NCBI RefSeq assembly: GCF_009914755.1
Contig: NC_060944.1
Direction: 5' to 3' (one strand)
From: the human T2T-CHM13v2.0 reference genome, Homo sapiens
Length of the DNA stretch: 64,000 bases
Shown: one piece after another, positions 53,201 through 64,000 of the stretch
Layout of the letters: each line of letters opens with the position of its first letter
Numbering within the stretch: the first letter of the stretch is position 1
Made by a program: the position numbers and the translations under genes
The notes under the pieces: generated by a model
Seen by the model: only the letters and a program-made list of their open reading frames with translations
What the model was told of the DNA's origin: nothing
Databases searched by the model: none

Positions 53201-56200
53201 GAAAAAGGAAATATCCTCCCATAAAAACTAGACAGAAGCATTCTCAGAAACTTATCTGTGATGTATGTACTCAACTAACAGAACTAAACCATCGTTTTGA
53301 AGGAGCAGTTTTGAAACACTCTTTTTGCGGAATCTGCAAGTGGATATTTGGCTAGCTGGGAGGATTTCGTTGGAAACGGGATTACATACAAAAAGCAGAC
53401 AGCAGCATTCTCAGAAACTTCTTTGTGATGTTTGCATTCAAGTCACAGAGTTGAACATTCCCTTTCATAGAGCAGGTTTGAAACACTCTTTTTGTAGTAT
53501 CTGGATGTGGACATTTGGATCGCTTTCAGGCCTATGGTGAAAAAGGAAATATCTTCCCATGAAAACTAGACAGAAGCATTCTCAGAAACTTATTTGTGAT
53601 GTGTGCCCTCAACTGACAGTGTTGAACCTTTGTTTTGATAGAGCAGTTCTGAAACACACTTTTTGTAAAATCTGCAAGAGGATATTTGGATAGCTTTGAG
53701 GATTTCGTTGGAAACGGGAATGTCTTCATGTAAACTCTAGACAGAAGCATTCTCAGAAACTGCTTTGGGATGTTTCAATTGAAGTCCCAGTGTTGAACAT
53801 TCCCTTTCATAGAGCAGGTTTGAAACACTCTTTTTGTACTATCTGGAAGTGGACATTTGGAGCGCTTTCAGGTCTACGGTGAAAAAGGAGATATCTTCCA
53901 ATAAAAACTAGATAGAAGCAATGTCAGAACTTTTTTCATGATGTATCTACTCAGCAAACAGAGTTGAACCTTTCTTTTGAGAGAGCAGTTTTGAAACACT
54001 CTTTTTGTGGAATATGCAAGTGGGTATTAGGCCAGCTTGGAGGATTTCGTTGGAAACGGGAATACGTATAAAAAGCAGACAGCAGCATTGTCAGAAACTA
54101 CTTTGTGATGTTTGCATTCAAGTCACAGAATTGAACACTCCCTTTCACAGAGCAGGTTTGAAACACTCTTTTTGTAGTGTCTGTAAGTGAACATTTGGAT
54201 TGCTTTCAGGCCTAAGGTGAAAAAGGAAATATCTTCCCATAAAAACTAGACAGAAGCATTCTCAGAAACTTGTTTGTGATGTGTGCCCTCTACTGACAGA
54301 GTTGAACCTTTCTTTGCAAAGAGCAGTTTTGAAACACTCTTTTTGTAGAATCTGCAAGAGGATATTTGGATAGCTTTGAGGATTTCTTGGGAAACGGGAA
54401 TGTCTTCAGATAAACTCTAGACAGAAGCATTCTCAGAAACTTCTTTGGGATGTTTCAATTGAAGTCACAGTGTTGAACATTCCCTTTCACAGAGCAGGTT
54501 TGAAACACTCTTTTTGTAGTGTCTATAAGTGAACATTTGGCGTGCTTTCAGGCCTAACGTGAAAAAGGAAATATCTTCCCATAAAAACTAGACAGAAGCA
54601 TTCTCAGAAACTTGTTCTTGATGTGTCCCCTCTACTGACAGAGTTGAACCTTTCTTTGCAAAGAGCAGCTTTGAAACACTCTTTTTGTAGAATCTGCAAG
54701 AGGATATTTGGATAGCTTGGAGGATTTCGTTGGAAACGGGTATGTCTTCAGATAAACTCTAGACAGAAGCATTCTCAGAAACTTCTTTGGGATGTTGCAT
54801 TCAAGTCACAGAGTAGAACATTCCCATTCATAGAGCAGATTTGAAACACTCTTTTTGTAGTATCTGGAAGTGGACATTTGGAGCGCTTTCAGGCCTATGT
54901 TGAAAAAGGAAATATCTTCCCATAAAAACTAGACGGAAGCATTCTCAGAAACTTATTTGTGATGTGTTTGCTCAACTAACAGGATTGAACCATCGTTTTG
55001 AAGGAGCAGTTTTGAAACACTGTTTTCGTGGAATCTGCAAGTGGATATTTGGCTAGCTTTGAGGATTTCGTTGGAAACGGGATTACATATAAAAAGGAGA
55101 CAGCAGCATTCTCAGAAACTTCTTTGTGATGTCTGCATTCAATTCACAGAGTTGAGCATTCCCTTTCATAGAGCAGGTTGGAAACACTCTTTTTGTAGTA
55201 TCTGGATGAGGACATTTGGAGCGCTTTCAGGCGTATGGTGAAAAAGGAAATATCTTCCCGTAAAAACTAGACAGAAGCATTCTCAGAAGTTTATTTGTGA
55301 TGTGTGCCCTCAACTAACAGAGTTGAACCTTTCTTTTGATAGAGCAGTTTTGAAACACTCTTTTTGTAAAATCTGCAAGAGGATATTTGGATAGCTTTGA
55401 GGATTTCGTTGCAAACGGGAATGGCTTCATATAAACTCTAGACAGAAGCATTCTCAGAAACTTCGTTGGGATGTTTCGATTGAAGTCCCAGTGTTGAACA
55501 TTCCCTTTTATAGAGCAGGTTGGAAACACTCTTTCTGCATTCCCTGGAAGTGGACATTTGGAGCGCTTTCAGGACGACGGTGAAAATGGAAATATCTTCC
55601 AAGAAAATCTAGATAGAAGCAACGTCAGAAACTTTTATGTGATGGATCTACTCAGCTAACAGAGTTGAACCTTTCTTTTGAGAGAGCAGTTTTGCAACAC
55701 TCTTTTTGTGGAATATGCAAGTGGATATTAGGGCAGCTTTGAGGATTTCGTTGGAAACGGGAATACATGTAAAAAGCAGACAGCAGCATTCTCAGAAACT
55801 TCTTTGTGATGTTTGCATTGAAGTCACAGAGTTGAACATTCCCTTTGAGAGAGCAGGTTTGAAACACGCCTTTTGTCATATCTGGAAGTGTCCATTCGGA
55901 GCGCATTCAGGCTTGTGTTGAAAAAGGAAATATCCTCCCATAAAAACTAGACAGAAGCATTCTCAGAAACTTATCTGTGATGTATGTACTCAACTAACAG
56001 AACTAAACCATCGTTTTGAAGGAGCAGTTTTGAAACACTCTTTTTGCGGAATCTGCAAGTGGATATTTGGCTAGCTGGGAGGATTTCGTTGGAAACGGGA
56101 TTACATACAAAAAGCAGACAGCAGCATTCTCAGAAACTTCTTTGTGATGTTTGCATTCAAGTCACAGAGTTGAACATTCCCTTTCATAGAGCAGGTTTGA

Positions 56201-59200
56201 AACACTCTTTTTGTAGTATCTGGATGTGGACATTTGGATCGCTTTCAGGCCTATGGTGAAAAAGGAAATATCTTCCCATGAAAACTAGACAGAAGCATTC
56301 TCAGAAACTTATTTGTGATGTGTGCCCTCAACTGACAGTGTTGAACCTTTGTTTTGATAGAGCAGTTCTGAAACACACTTTTTGTAAAATCTGCAAGAGG
56401 ATATTTGGATAGCTTTGAGGATTTCGTTGGAAACGGGAATGTCTTCATGTAAACTCTAGACAGAAGCATTCTCAGAAACTGCTTTGGGATGTTTCAATTG
56501 AAGTCCCAGTGTTGAACATTCCCTTTCATAGAGCAGGTTTGAAACACTCTTTTTGTACTATCTGGAAGTGGACATTTGGAGCGCTTTCAGGTCTACGGTG
56601 AAAAAGGAGATATCTTCCAATAAAAACTAGATAGAAGCAATGTCAGAACTTTTTTCATGATGTATCTACTCAGCAAACAGAGTTGAACCTTTCTTTTGAG
56701 AGAGCAGTTTTGAAACACTCTTTTTGTGGAATATGCAAGTGGGTATTAGGCCAGCTTGGAGGATTTCGTTGGAAACGGGAATACGTATAAAAAGCAGACA
56801 GCAGCATTGTCAGAAACTACTTTGTGATGTTTGCATTCAAGTCACAGAATTGAACACTCCCTTTCACAGAGCAGGTTTGAAACACTCTTTTTGTAGTGTC
56901 TGTAAGTGAACATTTGGATTGCTTTCAGGCCTAAGGTGAAAAAGGAAATATCTTCCCATAAAAACTAGACAGAAGCATTCTCAGAAACTTGTTTGTGATG
57001 TGTGCCCTCTACTGACAGAGTTGAACCTTTCTTTGCAAAGAGCAGTTTTGAAACACTCTTTTTGTAGAATCTGCAAGAGGATATTTGGATAGCTTTGAGG
57101 ATTTCTTGGGAAACGGGAATGTCTTCAGATAAACTCTAGACAGAAGCATTCTCAGAAACTTCTTTGGGATGTTTCAATTGAAGTCACAGTGTTGAACATT
57201 CCCTTTCACAGAGCAGGTTTGAAACACTCTTTTTGTAGTGTCTATAAGTGAACATTTGGCGTGCTTTCAGGCCTAACGTGAAAAAGGAAATATCTTCCCA
57301 TAAAAACTAGACAGAAGCATTCTCAGAAACTTGTTCTTGATGTGTCCCCTCTACTGACAGAGTTGAACCTTTCTTTGCAAAGAGCAGCTTTGAAACACTC
57401 TTTTTGTAGAATCTGCAAGAGGATATTTGGATAGCTTGGAGGATTTCGTTGGAAACGGGTATGTCTTCAGATAAACTCTAGACAGAAGGATTCTCAGAAA
57501 CTTCTTTGGGATGTTGCATTCAAGTCACAGAGTAGAACATTCCCATTCATAGAGCAGATTTGAAACACTCTTTTTGTAGTATCTGGAAGTGGACATTTGG
57601 AGCGCTTTCAGGCCTATGTTGAAAAAGGAAATATGTTCCCATAAAAACTAGACGGAAGCATTCTCAGAAACTTATTTGTGATGTGTTTGCTCAACTAACA
57701 GGATTGAACCATCGTTTTGAAGGAGCAGTTTTGAAACACTGTTTTCGTGGAATCTGCAAGTGGATATTTGGCTAGCTTTGAGGATTTCGTTGGAAACGGG
57801 ATTACATATAAAAAGGAGACAGCAGCATTCTCAGAAACTTCTTTGTGATGTCTGCATTCAATTCACAGAGTTGAGCATTCCCTTTCATAGAGCAGGTTGG
57901 AAACACTCTTTTTGTAGTATCTGGATGAGGACATTTGGAGCGCTTTCAGGCGTATGGTGAAAAAGGAAATATCTTCCCGTAAAAACTAGACAGAAGCATT
58001 CTCAGAAGTTTATTTGTGATGTGTGCCCTCAACTAACAGAGTTGAACCTTTCTTTTGATAGAGCAGTTTTGAAACACTCTTTTTGTAAAATCTGCAAGAG
58101 GATATTTGGATAGCTTTGAGGATTTCGTTGCAAACGGGAATGGCTTCATATAAACTCTAGACAGAAGCATTCTCAGAAACTTCGTTGGGATGTTTCGATT
58201 GAAGTCCCAGTGTTGAACATTCCCTTTTATAGAGCAGGTTGGAAACACTCTTTCTGCATTCCCTGGAAGTGGACATTTGGAGCGCTTTCAGGACGACGGT
58301 GAAAATGGAAATATCTTCCAAGAAAATCTAGATAGAAGCAACGTCAGAAACTTTTATGTGATGGATCTACTCAGCTAACAGAGTTGAACCTTTCTTTTGA
58401 GAGAGCAGTTTTGCAACACTCTTTTTGTGGAATATGCAAGTGGATATTAGGGCAGCTTTGAGGATTTCGTTGGAAACGGGAATACATGTAAAAAGCAGAC
58501 AGCAGCATTCTCAGAAACTTCTTTGTGATGTTTGCATTGAAGTCACAGAGTTGAACATTCCCTTTGAGAGAGCAGGTTTGAAACACGCCTTTTGTCATAT
58601 CTGGAAGTGTCCATTCGGAGCGCATTCAGGCTTGTGTTGAAAAAGGAAATATCCTCCCACAAAAACTAGACAGAAGCATTCTCAGAAACTTATCTGTGAT
58701 GTATGTACTCAACTAACAGAACTAAACCATCGTTTTGAAGGAGCAGTTTTGAAACACTCTTTTTGCGGAATCTGCAAGTGGATATTTGGCTAGCTGGGAG
58801 GATTTCGTTGGAAACGGGAGTACATACAAAAAGCAGAGAGCAGCATTCTCAGAAACTTCTTTGTGATGTTTGCATTCAAGTCACAGAGTTGAACATTCCC
58901 TTTCATAGAGCAGGTTTGAAACACTCTTTTTGTAGTATCTGGATGTGGACATTTGGATCGCTTTCAGGCCTATGGTGAAAAAGGAAATATCTTCCCATGA
59001 AAACTAGACAGAAGCATTCTCAGAAACTTATTTGTGATGTGTGCCCTCAACTGACAGTGTTGAACCTTTGTTTTGATAGAGCAGTTCTGAAACACACTTT
59101 TTGTAAAATCTGCAAGAGGATATTTGGATAGCTTTGAGGATTTCGTTGGAAACGGGAATGTCTTCATGTAAACTCTGGACAGAAGCATTCTCAGAAACTG

Positions 59201-62200
59201 CTTTGGGATGTTTCAATTGAAGTCCCAGTGTTGAACATTCCCTTTCATAGAGCAGGTTTGAAACACTCTTTTTGTACTATCTGGAAGTGGACATTTGGAG
59301 CGCTTTCAGGTCTACGGTGAAAAAGGAGATATCTTCCAATAAAAACTAGATAGAAGCAATGTCAGAACTTTTTTCATGATGTATCTACTCAGCAAACAGA
59401 GTTGAACCTTTCTTTTGAGAGAGCAGTTTTGAAACACTCTTTTTGTGGAATATGCAAGTGGGTATTAGGCCAGCTTGGAGGATTTCGTTGGAAACGGGAA
59501 TACGTATAAAAAGCAGACAGCAGCATTGTCAGAAACTACTTTGTGATGTTTGCATTCAAGTCACAGAATTGAACACTCCCTTTCACAGAGCAGGTTTGAA
59601 ACACTCTTTTTGTAGTGTCTGTAAGTGAACATTTGGATTGCTTTCAGGCCTAAGGTGAAAAAGGAAATATCTTCCCATAAAAACTAGACAGAAGCATTCT
59701 CAGAAACTTGTTTGTGATGTGTGCCCTCTACTGACAGAGTTGAACCTTTCTTTGCAAAGAGCAGTTTTGAAACACTCTTTTTGTAGAATCTGCAAGAGGA
59801 TATTTGGATAGCTTTGAGGATTTCTTGGGAAACGGGAATGTCTTCAGATAAACTCTAGACAGAAGCATTCTCAGAAACTTCTTTGGGATGTTTCAATTGA
59901 AGTCACAGTGTTGAACATTCCCTTTCACAGAGCAGGTTTGAAACACTCTTTTTGTAGTGTCTATAAGTGAACATTTTTCGTGCTTTCAGGCCTAACGTGA
60001 AAAAGGAAATATCTTCCCATAAAAACTAGACAGAAGCATTCTCAGAAACTTGTTCTTGATGTGTCCCCTCTACTGACAGAGTTGAACCTTTCTTTGCAAA
60101 GAGCAGCTTTGAAACACTCTTTTTGTAGAATCTGCAAGAGGATATTTGGATAGCTTGGAGGATTTCGTTGGAAACGGGTATGTCTTCAGATAAACTCTAG
60201 ACAGAAGCATTCTCAGAAACTTCTTTGGGATGTTGCATTCAAGTCACAGAGTAGAACATTCCCATTCATAGAGCAGATTTGAAACACTCTTTTTGTAGTA
60301 TCTGGAAGTGGACATTTGGAGCGCTTTCAGGCCTATGTTGAAAAAGGAAATATCTTCCCATAAAAACTAGACGGAAGCATTCTCAGAAACTTATTTGTGA
60401 TGTGTTTGCTCAACTAACAGGATTGAACCATCGTTTTGAAGGAGCAGTTTTGAAACACTGTTTTCGTGGAATCTGCAAGTGGATATTTGGCTAGCTTTGA
60501 GGATTTCGTTGGAAACGGGATTACATATAAAAAGGAGACAGCAGCATTCTCAGAAACTTCTTTGTGATGTCTGCATTCAATTCACAGAGTTGAGCATTCC
60601 CTTTCATAGAGCAGGTTGGAAACACTCTTTTTGTAGTATCTGGATGAGGACATTTGGAGCGCTTTCAGGCGTATGGTGAAAAAGGAAATATCTTCCCGTA
60701 AAAACTAGACAGAAGCATTCTCAGAAGTTTATTTGTGATGTGTGCCCTCAACTAACAGAGTTGAACCTTTCTTTTGATAGAGCAGTTTTGAAACACTCTT
60801 TTTGTAAAATCTGCAAGAGGATATTTGGATAGCTTTGAGGATTTCGTTGCAAACGGGAATGGCTTCATATAAACTCTAGACAGAAGCATTCTCAGAAACT
60901 TCGTTGGGATGTTTCGATTGAAGTCCCAGTGTTGAACATTCCCTTTTATAGAGCAGGTTGGAAACACTCTTTCTGCATTCCCTGGAAGTGGACATTTGGA
61001 GCGCTTTCAGGACGACGGTGAAAATGGAAATATCTTCCAAGAAAATCTAGATAGAAGCAACGTCAGAAACTTTTATGTGATGGATCTACTCAGCTAACAG
61101 AGTTGAACCTTTCTTTTGAGAGAGCAGTTTTGCAACACTCTTTTTGTGGAATATGCAAGTGGATATTAGGGCAGCTTTGAGGATTTCGTTGGAAACGGGA
61201 ATACATGTAAAAAGCAGACAGCAGCATTCTCAGAAACTTCTTTGTGATGTTTGCATTGAAGTCACAGAGTTGAACATTCCCTTTGAGAGAGCAGGTTTGA
61301 AACACGCCTTTTGTCATATCTGGAAGTGTCCATTCGGAGCGCATTCAGGCTTGTGTTGAAAAAGGAAATATCCTCCCATAAAAACTAGACAGAAGCATTC
61401 TCAGAAACTTATCTGTGATGTATGTACTCAACTAACAGAACTAAACCATCGTTTTGAAGGAGCAGTTTTGAAACACTCTTTTTGCGGAATCTGCAAGTGG
61501 ATATTTGGCTAGCTGGGAGGATTTCGTTGGAAACGGGAGTACATACAAAAAGCAGAGAGCAGCATTCTCAGAAACTTCTTTGTGATGTTTGCATTCAAGT
61601 CACAGAGTTGAACATTCCCTTTCATAGAGCAGGTTTGAAACACTCTTTTTGTAGTATCTGGATGTGGACATTTGGATCGCTTTCAGGCCTATGGTGAAAA
61701 AGGAAATATCTTCCCATGAAAACTAGACAGAAGCATTCTCAGAAACTCATTTGTGATGTGTGCCCTCAACTGACAGTGTTGAACCTTTGTTTTGATAGAG
61801 CAGTTCTGAAACACACTTTTTGTAAAATCTGCAAGAGGATATTTGGATAGCTTTGAGGATTTCGTTGGAAACGGGAATGTCTTCATGTAAACTCTGGACA
61901 GAAGCATTCTCAGAAACTGCTTTGGGATGTTTCAATTGAAGTCCCAGTGTTGAACATTCCCTTTCATAGAGCAGGTTTGAAACACTCTTTTTGTACTATC
62001 TGGAAGTGGACATTTGGAGCGCTTTCAGGTCTACGGTGAAAAAGGAGATATCTTCCAATAAAAACTAGATAGAAGCAATGTCAGAACTTTTTTCATGATG
62101 TATCTACTCAGCAAACAGAGTTGAACCTTTCTTTTGAGAGAGCAGTTTTGAAACACTCTTTTTGTGGAATATGCAAGTGGGTATTAGGCCAGCTTGGAGG

Positions 62201-64000
62201 ATTTCGTTGGAAACGGGAATACGTATAAAAAGCAGACAGCAGCATTGTCAGAAACTACTTTGTGATGTTTGCATTCAAGTCACAGAATTGAACACTCCCT
62301 TTCACAGAGCAGGTTTGAAACACTCTTTTTGTAGTGTCTGTAAGTGAACATTTGGATTGCTTTCAGGCCTAAGGTGAAAAAGGAAATATCTTCCCATAAA
62401 AACTAGACAGAAGCATTCTCAGAAACTTGTTTGTGATGTGTGCCCTCTACTGACAGAGTTGAACCTTTCTTTGCAAAGAGCAGTTTTGAAACACTCTTTT
62501 TGTAGAATCTGCAAGAGGATATTTGGATAGCTTTGAGGATTTCTTGGGAAACGGGAATGTCTTCAGATAAACTCTAGACAGAAGCATTCTCAGAAACTTC
62601 TTTGGGATGTTTCAATTGAAGTCACAGTGTTGAACATTCCCTTTCACAGAGCAGGTTTGAAACACTCTTTTTGTAGTGTCTATAAGTGAACATTTGGCGT
62701 GCTTTCAGGCCTAACGTGAAAAAGGAAATATCTTCCCATAAAAACTAGACAGAAGCATTCTCAGAAACTTGTTCTTGATGTGTCCCCTCTACTGACAGAG
62801 TTGAACCTTTCTTTGCAAAGAGCAGCTTTGAAACACTCTTTTTGTAGAATCTGCAAGAGGATATTTGGATAGCTTGGAGGATTTCGTTGGAAACGGGTAT
62901 GTCTTCAGATAAACTCTAGACAGAAGCATTCTCAGAAACTTCTTTGGGATGTTGCATTCAAGTCACAGAGTAGAACATTCCCATTCATAGAGCAGATTTG
63001 AAACACTCTTTTTGTAGTATCTGGAAGTGGACATTTGGAGCGCTTTCAGGCCTATGTTGAAAAAGGAAATATCTTCCCATAAAAACTAGACGGAAGCATT
63101 CTCAGAAACTTATTTGTGATGTGTTTGCTCAACTAACAGGATTGAACCATCGTTTTGAAGGAGCAGTTTTGAAACACTGTTTTCGTGGAATCTGCAAGTG
63201 GATATTTGGCTAGCTTTGAGGATTTCGTTGGAAACGGGATTACATATAAAAAGGAGACAGCAGCATTCTCAGAAACTTCTTTGTGATGTCTGCATTCAAT
63301 TCACAGAGTTGAGCATTCCCTTTCATAGAGCAGGTTGGAAACACTCTTTTTGTAGTATCTGGATGAGGACATTTGGAGCGCTTTCAGGCGTATGGTGAAA
63401 AAGGAAATATCTTCCCGTAAAAACTAGACAGAAGCATTCTCAGAAGTTTATTTGTGATGTGTGCCCTCAACTAACAGAGTTGAACCTTTCTTTTGATAGA
63501 GCAGTTTTGAAACACTCTTTTTGTAAAATCTGCAAGAGGATATTTGGATAGCTTTGAGGATTTCGTTGCAAACGGGAATGGCTTCATATAAACTCTAGAC
63601 AGAAGCATTCTCAGAAACTTCGTTGGGATGTTTCGATTGAAGTCCCAGTGTTGAACATTCCCTTTTATAGAGCAGGTTGGAAACACTCTTTCTGCATTCC
63701 CTGGAAGTGGACATTTGGAGCGCTTTCAGGACGACGGTGAAAATGGAAATATCTTCCAAGAAAATCTAGATAGAAGCAACGTCAGAAACTTTTATGTGAT
63801 GGATCTACTCAGCTAACAGAGTTGAACCTTTCTTTTGAGAGAGCAGTTTTGCAACACTCTTTTTGTGGAATATGCAAGTGGATATTAGGGCAGCTTTGAG
63901 GATTTCGTTGGAAACGGGAATACATGTAAAAAGCAGACAGCAGCATTCTCAGAAACTTCTTTGTGATGTTTGCATTGAAGTCACAGAGTTGAACATTCCC
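47251..64000 (+). repeat. Six canonical 16-mers (U18-U23) plus partial U24
   Basis: 2719-bp spacing 47495, 50214, 52933, 55652, 58371, 61090. Confidence 0.96.

Larger units (their letters stand above)
1..64000 (+). repeat. Centromeric alpha-satellite higher-order repeat array, dimeric SF2 (D1/D2) type, probably chromosome 20 D20Z2 (S2C20H1L)
   Basis: ~171-bp monomers (CATTCTCAGAAAC...CTAGACAGAAG) run end to end. The CENP-B box TTTCGTTGGAAACGGGA occurs in every second monomer. Identical ORF-track entries recur at 245, 2964, 5685, 8746, 11465, 14184, 17245, 19964... 61090. Alpha-satellite identity is certain; the chromosome assignment is inferred (~0.8). Confidence 0.99.

Noticed and set aside
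245-63686. Numerous 61-84 aa ORFs on both strands
   Set aside because: They recur with the HOR period, overlap on opposite strands, often use non-ATG starts, and appear or disappear with single SNVs. They are chance open frames in satellite DNA and were useful only as coordinate anchors.
1-64000. CRISPR-like or other repeat-spacer system
   Set aside because: There are no unique spacers and no cas genes; the sequence between conserved motifs is itself repeated.
1-64000. Assignment to chromosome 17 D17Z1 (also a ~2.7-kb 16-mer)
   Set aside because: D17Z1 is pentameric SF3 with runs of adjacent CENP-B-box monomers. Here A and B monomers strictly alternate and resemble the SF2 D1/D2 dimer.
1-64000. 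Inversion, L1/Alu insertion or non-satellite island
   Set aside because: Every inter-anchor distance is explained by 2719, +2, +342 or -343 bp and all boxes are on the + strand, leaving no room for inserted sequence.
1-64000. A previously undescribed protein- or RNA-based biological system
   Set aside because: Nothing in the sequence supports one. Alpha-satellite transcription is known in general, but no transcript can be inferred from this window.

Overview
The whole 64 kb is an uninterrupted, single-orientation array of primate (almost certainly human) centromeric alpha-satellite DNA. It contains no genes, RNA genes, transposons or CRISPR. Monomers of 167-171 bp alternate between CENP-B-box (B-type) and pJalpha-box (A-type) forms and resemble the suprachromosomal family 2 (D1/D2) dimer. 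They are organised in a 16-monomer, 2719-bp higher-order repeat (HOR). A dimeric SF2 16-mer best fits the active chromosome 20 array (D20Z2/S2C20H1L); this assignment is from recall, not a search. I phase units from base 1 (U1-U24) and number monomers m1-m16 from position 42 (my own numbering). There are 23 complete units: 17 of 2719 bp, 1 of 2721 bp, 4 of 3061 bp (18-mer) and 1 of 2376 bp (14-mer), plus a partial 24th. All ORFs are satellite artefacts. I found no new gene system. The signal of interest is array architecture: length variants add or remove only the dimer with the one dead CENP-B box, the HOR has a 6+6+4 internal structure, there is a 5780-bp super-repeat, SNV haplotypes recombine, and there are apparent inter-monomer micro-conversions. 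Variants were found by eye, so the lists may be incomplete.
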